Positions 53,614 to 64,000 of a stretch of DNA of 64,000 bases are shown here, one piece after another. The notes under the pieces were generated by a model. The model was not told the DNA's origin. It did not search any database and saw only the letters and a program-made list of their open reading frames with translations. The first letter of the stretch is position 1; every line of letters starts with the position of its first letter. The translations under genes were made by a program, and so were the position numbers. This DNA is from Eledone cirrhosa (lineage: Eukaryota), in contig OZ024753.1 in NCBI GenBank assembly GCA_964016885.1, positions 40,052,001 to 40,116,000 on the forward strand. The letters run 5' to 3'.

Positions 53614-53907
53614 CAATACAATAACGAAATAATAATAATAATAATAATACCTCTTATTAGTCACTGAGCAATTACATTCAATACAATCAAACATACAATA
53701 CATGAAACATTAATACTAAAGTGGTTATAAAGACGTGTATGGTGAAGGGAGGGGGGGGGGGGGGACAAGGTAATGTTATATGAAAAACAATGTTGTTGTT
53801 GTTGGCATACACAGTTCACTCTAATTCTTTCTCTCATTATCTCCCTCTGTCTCTCTCTGTCTGTCTGTCTCTCTTTCCCTGTCTTTCTCTATCTATATCT
53901 CTCTCTT

Positions 53908-53984
<77 letters not shown>

Positions 53985-54022
53985 TTGTGGAGAGAGAGAG
54001 ATAGGGGGAAGACGAAAAGTTA

Positions 54023-54068
<46 letters not shown>

Positions 54069-54144
54069 ATATACATATATATATATATATACATATAAAT
54101 ATACATATATATATATATAAATATACATATATATATATATATAA

Positions 54145-54249
<105 letters not shown>

Positions 54250-54320
54250 AATATACATATATATATATATATATAAATATACATATATATATATATATAA
54301 ATATACATATATATATATAA

Positions 54321-54381
<61 letters not shown>

Positions 54382-54609
54382 AATATACATATATTTCGTT
54401 TCTGAATTTGTTTAGCAAGATTCTTTATCTGAAATCGTGTGTTGAAACCGATATTGTTATACTTTGGGAGGGTCATGTTGCCAATAAGAAACACACGCAC
54501 CAGTTGCTTTCACTTCAATTTAATTTAATATATATTTATAAATTTACAAATTTATAAATTTCTGGTTGGTTGGTTGGTTCCACAACCAGATAGTTGTTTA
54601 TATATATAT

Positions 54610-54654
54610 AGTCATAGTTCTTTCGTCACACACTCTGTGACCTCTTCAGTGACT
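54610..54654 (-). ncRNA. Minimal type I hammerhead ribozyme (family A)
   Basis: Exact reverse complement of 54769-54813. Confidence 0.88.
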
Positions 54655-54768
54655 GGGGATTTCTTTCTTCGTTTCTGTGCCTTTCCTTTCTTCTATCCTA
54701 CGCCATTTTCTATCCTATGGCGTAGGATAGAAGAAAGGAAAGGCACAGAAACGAAGAAAGAAATCCCC

Positions 54769-54813
54769 AGTCACTGAAGAGGTCACAGAGTGTGTGACGA
54801 AAGAACTATGACT
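54769..54813 (+). ncRNA. Minimal type I hammerhead ribozyme (family A)
   Basis: AGTCA-CTGAAGA-G-GTCACA GAGTG TGTGAC-GAAA-G AA C-TA-TGACT. Stem I is 5 bp, stem II is 6 bp, and predicted cleavage is after A54808. Confidence 0.88.
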
Positions 54814-54972
54814 ATATATATATAAACAACTATCTGGTTGTGGAACCAACCAACCAACCAGAAATTTATAAATTTGTAAATTTATAAATATATATTAAAT
54901 TAAATTGAAGTGAAAGCAACTGGTGCGTGTGTTTCTTATTGGCAACATGACCCTCCCAAAGTATAACAATAT

Positions 54973-54996
54973 ACATATATATATATATAAATATAC

Positions 54997-55046
<50 letters not shown>

Positions 55047-55535
55047 ATAAATATATATATACATATAAATAGATATATATATATACATATACATATATAT
55101 ATAAATATATATATACATATAAATAGATATATATATATACATATACATATATATATAAATATATATATACATATAAATAGATATATATACATATACATAT
55201 AAACATATATATATACATATACATATAAATATATATATATACATATACATATAAATATATACATATACATATAAATATATATATATATACATATATATAT
55301 ATAATATAATATATATATATAAATATAAATATATATAATATAAATATAAATATATAATATAAATATAAATATATATATATATAATATAAATATATATAAT
55401 ATAAATATAAATATATATATATATAATATAATATATATATATATAATATAAATATATATATATATAATATAAATATATATATATATATATATAATATATA
55501 TATATATATAATATAAATATATATATATATATATA

Positions 55536-55573
<38 letters not shown>

Positions 55574-55779
55574 TATATATAATATAAATATATATATATA
55601 TATATATAATATAAATATATATATATATATATATAATATAAATATATATATATATAATATAAATATATATATATATATAATATAAATATATATATATATA
55701 TATATAATATAAATATATATATATATACATATAATATAAATATATATATATATAATATAAATATATATATATATATATA

Positions 55780-55829
<50 letters not shown>

Positions 55830-56085
55830 TATTATATATATATATATATAATATATATATATATATATANNNNNNNNNNNNNNNNNNNNNNNNNNNNNNN
55901 NNNNNNNNNNNNNNNNNNNNNNNNNNNNNNNNNNNNNNNNNNNNNNNNNNNNNNNNNNNNNNNNNNNNNNNNNNNNNNNNNNNNNNNNNNNNNNNNNNNN
56001 NNNNNNNNNNNNNNNNNNNNNNNNNNNNNNNNNNNNNNNNNNNNNNNNNNNNNNNNNNNNNNNNNNNNNTTATATTTGTAATGTT

Positions 56086-56121
<36 letters not shown>

Positions 56122-56406
56122 TATATGCATATATATATATAAATATATATGTATATATATATATATATATATATGTGTATATATATATATGCATGTGTAT
56201 ATATATGTATGTATATATATATATATGTATATATAAATATATATAATTATGTATACATATATATATATACATAATATATATATATGTATCGTATATGTAT
56301 ATATATATGTATATATAAATATATATAATTATGTATACATATATATATATACATATATATATATATGTATGTATATATATATATATATATAATACATATA
56401 TGTATG

Positions 56407-56489
<83 letters not shown>

Positions 56490-56742
56490 ATATATATTAT
56501 ATAGTATATTATATATATGTAATGTATTATATATGTATGTATATATATATATATGTTTGTATATATATATATATATGTGCGTATGTATATATACATGTAT
56601 CTATATATATATATTTTGTATATATATATATACATGTATGTATATATACATGTTTGTATATATAATTATGTATAATATATCACATGTATGTATATATATG
56701 TATGTATAAATATATATGTTTGTATATATATATGTATGTATA

Positions 56743-56774
<32 letters not shown>

Positions 56775-56871
56775 GTTATATATATATGTATGTATATATA
56801 TATATGTATATATATACTATATATATCTATGTATATATATATATATCTATGTATATATACCTATATGTACG

Positions 56872-56904
<33 letters not shown>

Positions 56905-56905
56905 G

Positions 56906-56939
<34 letters not shown>

Positions 56940-57234
56940 TATATATGTATGTGTATGTATATATATATATATATGTGCATATATATATATACATATATAT
57001 GTATGTATATATATACATATATATATTTATATATATAATAATGTATGTATATATATATATATGTATGTATATATATATATATATGTATGTATATATATAT
57101 ATATGTATGTATATATATATATATATACATATATATACAGACATATATATATACATATATATATATATACATACATATATATACAGACATATATATATAC
57201 ATATATACTATATATACATACATATATATATACA

Positions 57235-57285
<51 letters not shown>

Positions 57286-57675
57286 GTATATATATATATG
57301 TATGTATATATATATATATGTATATATATATATGTATGTATATATATATATATGTATATATATATATGTATGTATATATATATATGTATGTATATATATA
57401 TATATGTATGTATATATATATATATGTATGTATATATATATGTATGTATATATATATATATGTATGTATATATATATGTATGTATATATATATGTATGTA
57501 TGTATGTATATATATATATATTTATATATGTATATATATTATTTAGATGTATATATACATGTTATGTATATATACATATATATATATACATATATGTATA
57601 TATATGCATTTGTATGTACTATATATATATGTATATATATATATATATATATATACATGTAAATATATATATACA
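54973..57675. repeat. Long (AT)n-derived microsatellite field
   Basis: Read directly. Similar fields occur at 53930-54390, 58247-59155, 59550-59920, 62090-62600 and 63170-64000. Confidence 0.95.
55870..56069. other. Assembly gap (200 N)
   Basis: Run of N. Confidence 0.99.
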
Positions 57676-58246
57676 TGGTGGCTGCCAACTCGTTTTCGAG
57701 TACGGCCACTACTTTACATCCATGTATGATAACCCCTACCGAAGCGCTGAACGAGTGTGACTTTTTAGTCCAGCCAGCGACTTGAAACCTCTGGTACAAA
57801 CACTACACCTGTGACAATTATTGACACATAGTGCTAGGCCCATGGTAGGACAATTATTGACACATAGTGCTGGGCCCATGTGAGGACAAGTGCAGAGAGA
57901 TCTCCAGATATAAAGCAATGCCTGTGCCGTGAAGCTTTTATAGTGAGCAAAGGCACTGCACAAAGCCAGTCCCACTCTCTTAACCAAGATGCTATTTACC
58001 AAAAAGAAGAACAAGTCAACATCATTGGATACCATCAGGGTTGCAGGTGTTATATCAGAGTTTTCCTTCTCCTAGAATTCTGCCTTGACTAAGGCTAAAG
58101 GGGTCATCTCTCCCGGTGATTTTGGATGGCCATTGACTCTTAAGAGCTCCTTTGCCCTTTGACAGGTTTTGTTTTTAGTCCTGCAGGATGTCCAAAGTCA
58201 CCCTCCTCACCAAGAAACCTTGGTGGGGTTGCCAGTTTAGTCGCCA
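57676..58246 (-). mobile_element. Second copy of the RTE-derived non-autonomous repeat
   Basis: Matches 10115-10688. It has its own short duplication of GACAATTATTGACACATAGTGCT and is flanked by (AT)n. Confidence 0.7.
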
Positions 58247-58632
58247 TATATATATATATATATATGTTATATATATATATACATACATATATATATATAT
58301 ACATACTATATATATATACATGTAAATATATATATACATACATATATATATATATATATACACATACATATTTTATATATATACATACATATATATATAT
58401 ATACATACATATATATATTATATACATACATATATATATATACATACATATATATATATATTATATACATACATACATATATATACATATATATATACAT
58501 ATATATATATACATATATATATACATATATATATACATATATATATATACATATATATATATAGATATATATATACATATATATATATACATATATATAT
58601 ATACATATATATATACATATATATATATATAG

Positions 58633-58665
<33 letters not shown>

Positions 58666-59040
58666 CATACATATAAACTATATATATATACATACATATA
58701 AATATATGTATATATACATACATATATATATACATACATACATACATATATATATACATACATATATACATACATATATATATATATATACATATACATG
58801 TAAATATATATATACATACATATATATATATATATACATACATATATATATATATACATACATATATACATATACATATATATATAAACATATATATATA
58901 TATATATATGTATGTATATATATATATATAAATATGTATGTATATGTATGTATATATATGTATGTAGGTATATACATGTATATATATATATGTATGTGTA
59001 TATATATATATGTATGCATATATATATATGTATGCATATG

Positions 59041-59090
<50 letters not shown>

Positions 59091-59123
59091 TGTAAGTATA
59101 TATATATATATGTATATTTTTAA

Positions 59124-59154
<31 letters not shown>

Positions 59155-59204
59155 TATGTTTATATTCGTTTATTTATTTGTTTATTTATTTGTTTACAAC
59201 CAAC

Positions 59205-59547
59205 CTGTAACATATAGACAAATAAATAAACGAATATAAACACACACAGACACCCGGATGTGGCGCATGCGCAGACTGAGCATACAAGACACACACACAG
59301 AAACAAGATGGCGTAGGACAGAACAAAAAGAGAGGCACAAAAACAAAGAAAAGAATCCCCAGTCACTGAAGAGGTCACAGTATGTGTGACGAAAGAACTT
59401 TGACAATATATAAACAACCATCTGGTTTTTGGAACCAAGCAACCAACCGGAAATTTATAAATTTATAAATTTATAATAATAAATTGAACCGAAGCAACTG
59501 GTGCGTGTGTTTCTTATAGGCAACATGACCCTTCCAAAGTATAACAA

Positions 59548-59550
<3 letters not shown>
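59205..59550 (+). mobile_element. Family A repeat without tail; HHR at 59362-59404
   Basis: GTCA-CTGAAGA-G-GTCACA GTATG TGTGAC-GAAA-GAAC-TT-TGAC. It ends at GTATAACAATAT, the same point as the short arm at 54972. A short inverted repeat lies at 59158-59240. Confidence 0.85.
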
Positions 59551-59579
<29 letters not shown>

Positions 59580-59597
59580 CACACATATATATACATA

Positions 59598-59636
<39 letters not shown>

Positions 59637-59702
59637 TATATACGTATATATATATACGTATATATGTATATATATATATATATATAGACACATATATGTA
59701 TA

Positions 59703-59734
<32 letters not shown>

Positions 59735-59812
59735 CATATATGTATATATATATATATATATATATACATATATGTATATATATATATATATATATATACA
59801 TATATATATACA

Positions 59813-60108
<296 letters not shown>

Positions 60109-60404
60109 ATATATATATATACATATATATATATACATTGAACGGCGTATCTATAATATACATCCTTTTAACATCGTTATAACGTCTTAAATTATTTGAG
60201 ACCATGTCACTGCTATTCTTACCAAGGGACCACATCATGGTGGCAGCGTTTCTGGAATGAATCCATCAGAAAGGCTGACGTCTTCGCTCCTGACTCAACA
60301 AAAGCTTATCATCTTTAGTTTTTTTGCTTATGAACATCAGCTGGGAATGCTCTTTGACATACCGAGCAGACGCTGGCTTGTTGAAAATATTAAGCTGTAA
60401 TACT

Positions 60405-60496
60405 TGTTTCTACTTTAGGCACAAGGCCAGCAATTAGCCAGTGCATTACTGGTACTTTATTTTATCGACCCCGTAAGGATGAAAGGCAAAGTCAAT
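60405..60496 (-). mobile_element. Main-family SINE, 5'-truncated
   Basis: Core and 3' end match. AAGCTGTAATACT lies on both sides. Confidence 0.82.
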
Positions 60497-60765
60497 CTAT
60501 AATACTGATGAAAGGCAAAGTCAAGCTGTAATACTGTTCTGTGATAGAGTTGAACGTAACAGACGTTGTATATTTAAACATATAGGAAAGATTTGTAATG
60601 ATAAACATCCATTTAGTCTCGATATGATTTTGTGCGTGTGATCATTGACTGATGATGCTCATTTGCATACAAAGCAAAGCTGGCGCGCTCGAAGCTACAG
60701 TAAGACTCTAAAGCTCTCAAAACTAACAAGGGCTGTATATTGAAGAATATAAGAGATACCGACCT

Positions 60766-60819
<54 letters not shown>

Positions 60820-60863
60820 CAGAGTATCTAGGCAAAGTATCTTTTGTTTGTTCACACATACGA

Positions 60864-60956
<93 letters not shown>

Positions 60957-61036
60957 CATATATAAATATATATATATAATATAGATATATAGATATATAT
61001 AGATATAATATATAGATATATGGATATATAATATAC

Positions 61037-61080
<44 letters not shown>

Positions 61081-61139
61081 TATAAAAATATATATCTATA
61101 TATATATATAATATGTATTATACATATATATATATAAAT

Positions 61140-61202
<63 letters not shown>

Positions 61203-61210
<8 letters not shown>

Positions 61211-61452
61211 CGTAAAATAGGAAAATCTCTTTTAAAAAGTTTTTTTTTAAAATTTTTACTTACTTACTTAAGTAAGTAAGTAAAAATAAAAAAAAAATTC
61301 TTTTTAAAGAGATTTTCTTATTTTACGTCTTTTATATTATTGTTCTGCATCCTCCTGCATTGAACCACCTAGGTACTATGACATAACCTGTGTATTTGCT
61401 GGCATAGGCGTGCATCTGTGCGCTTATGTTAGTTGATATATTAAATTATCTA
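61203..61452 (+). mobile_element. Fold-back remnant: ~65-bp inverted arms plus a tail related to 5222-5280
   Basis: AAAAGACGTAAAATAGGAAAATCTCTTT...TTACTTAAGTAA...AAAGAGATTTTCTTATTTTACGTCTTTT. The tail TGTATTTGCTGGCAT...GCGCTTATGTTAG is the reverse complement of 5236-5279. Confidence 0.7.
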
Positions 61453-61504
61453 TATATATATATATATATATATAAGGGCAGCAGCAAAAAACTCCCTCTT
61501 ACAC

Positions 61505-61610
61505 CAGTGGCCAACCTATACAGGCTGGAGATAAAATGTGTAGCAACAAGGGCGGTGCCCCAGAATGGCCTCAGCCGGATGGCTGAAACAGGTAAAAGAG
61601 TAAAAGAGTA
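61505..61610 (+). mobile_element. SINE 3' end of another family
   Basis: GGTGCCCCAGAATGGCCTCAGCC...GCTGAAACAGGTAAAAGAGTAAAAGAG. A related fragment lies at ~48518-48560. Confidence 0.55.
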
Positions 61611-62096
61611 TATATACACACACACACATATATATATATATATTGTTTAGTATGTGAGAACAATCATATGATACGTTGCCTAGATACTCTACGAATATCT
61701 GTGCGAATTCGTACCAAAACATTCATTACGAAAACAAAGAGGAAACCGGAAAAAAAAGGAAAAATAAATTACAGACAAACAAAGAATATGAGAAATTACA
61801 TGAGATTGAAAAGAAATGTCAAAATATTGTCTATTGAAATGAAGGCACCGGGCCAAGCAATGCCACCATTAATTCTACCGAACTTCTGTAATAGCTATCA
61901 TTACATACTGAAATGTAATGTATTTCATTTGTTCTCCATCCATCTACCAGCATTCTCCCTTAACTCCCCCTCTTTCTGATTCTCTCTGACTCTAACTCTC
62001 TCTCTCTCTCGCCCTCTCTCTCTCTCTCGTATATATTTATATATACCCATACACAGACGCACACATAATTACAAACAGATGCATACACATACACAC

Positions 62097-62137
<41 letters not shown>

Positions 62138-62214
62138 TATATATATATACACACACACACATATATATACACACACACACATATATATACACACACACAC
62201 ATATATAAACACAC

Positions 62215-62297
<83 letters not shown>

Positions 62298-62348
62298 CAC
62301 ACACACACATATATATATATATATACACACACACACATATATATATAT

Positions 62349-62379
<31 letters not shown>

Positions 62380-62414
62380 CACATACACACACATATATAT
62401 ATATATATACACAT

Positions 62415-62513
<99 letters not shown>

Positions 62514-62542
62514 CACACACACACATATATATATATACACAT

Positions 62543-62587
<45 letters not shown>

Positions 62588-63173
62588 CACACACACATAC
62601 ATATATAAGTATATATATCCGTGTGTGTGTACATTCACATACATTCACATACATATATGTGTTTGTACGTAAGTTCTTGTGAGCTCATATATGTATTTCT
62701 CTCTCTCTCTATATATATATATTTACATATATGTGTGTATGTGAATGTGTGCGTGTCTGAACACACACATACACATATTTGTAAATATATATATATATAT
62801 ATATATTTGTATATAAATAGATGTGTGTTTATGTGTACCCATGTGTAAGAATATCTATCTATTCTCTTCTACACCTCTCACCTATTTTTGCATTCTGTTT
62901 ACAAACGAGTATAGTTTTAAAGCAATATCATCACTATTTCGTACATATTTTCCAGGTGTTACATACTCCTCAATAATAAGCTGCTTCCTTTTGTAGGGAC
63001 AGGTGTGCAGGCTGTCAGGTATGAGCTGGAGGTAGGGCAGGGGAGGGAGGGCGGTTAAGCGGTTACGGGTGGTGAATGGTTAGTTAAAACAGTAATTCGA
63101 ATTGGGTAATTAACTAGTATATCTTCTTCTCTCTCTTTCTCTGTCGCTCTCTAAATATATATCTACGTATGTA

Positions 63174-63212
<39 letters not shown>

Positions 63213-63223
63213 TATATATATAT

Positions 63224-63254
<31 letters not shown>

Positions 63255-63279
63255 AAATATATATATATATATATATAAA

Positions 63280-63314
<35 letters not shown>

Positions 63315-63324
63315 AATATATATG

Positions 63325-63356
<32 letters not shown>

Positions 63357-63444
63357 TATAAATATATATGTATACATATATACATATATATATATATATA
63401 CATATATATATATGTATGTATATATACATATATATATATATATG

Positions 63445-63481
<37 letters not shown>

Positions 63482-63504
63482 GTATACATACATATATATA
63501 TATG

Positions 63505-63535
<31 letters not shown>

Positions 63536-63536
63536 G

Positions 63537-63643
<107 letters not shown>

Positions 63644-63644
63644 G

Positions 63645-63679
<35 letters not shown>

Positions 63680-63841
63680 GTATGTATATATACATATATA
63701 TATAACTTTGAATAACTTTGAAATGTTTTGGCCAGTATTGGCCCAGGCCATGTCTAACTTAATAGCACCATATATATATATATATATGTATGTATATATA
63801 CATATATACATATATATATATATGTATATATACATATATAC

Positions 63842-63947
<106 letters not shown>

Positions 63948-63948
63948 G

Positions 63949-63997
<49 letters not shown>

Positions 63998-64000
63998 ATA

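Larger units (their letters stand above)
54392..54972. mobile_element. Family A fold-back element: 256-bp apparently perfect arms, 10-nt spacer, 59-nt tail on the left
   Basis: Arms at 54451-54706 and 54717-54972. Spacer is TTTCTATCCT. The tail matches 14947-15004. Confidence 0.92.

Noticed and set aside
60645-60710. CTGATGA...GAAG CT AC AG TA hammerhead-like string; similar weak cases at ~35905 and ~50315-50355(-)
   Set aside because: The core or stems are too imperfect to call by eye. They may be decayed copies and need a covariance-model search.

Overview
Eukaryotic, AT-rich, repeat-dense genomic DNA. It is most likely from an octopod cephalopod, inferred from the tRNA-derived SINE families and not verified. 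Nearly all ORFs in the supplied track are microsatellite artefacts. Recognisable coding content: (1) the 5' part of an apparently intact Tx1/L1-type LINE on the minus strand, with ORF1 carrying a CCHC knuckle and ORF2 (APE+RT) open to the window edge; (2) a Penelope-like GIY-YIG fragment; (3) RTE fragments; (4) a disrupted, intron-free alpha-1,3-fucosyltransferase (FUT10/11-like) pseudogene. There are about 20 SINE copies, many with TSDs, plus a hAT-like and a Tc1/mariner-like MITE, mini/microsatellites and a 200-N gap. The main unexplained pattern is a dense set of short non-coding repeats from several distinct families, mostly in (AT)n tracts. They carry minimal type I hammerhead ribozyme (HHR) cores and often form asymmetric fold-back palindromes, in which a short inverted arm stops at a family-specific point and the long arm carries an extra tail. 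This resembles Penelope pLTR/retrozyme biology. All alignments and folds were done by eye, so repeat boundaries are approximate.
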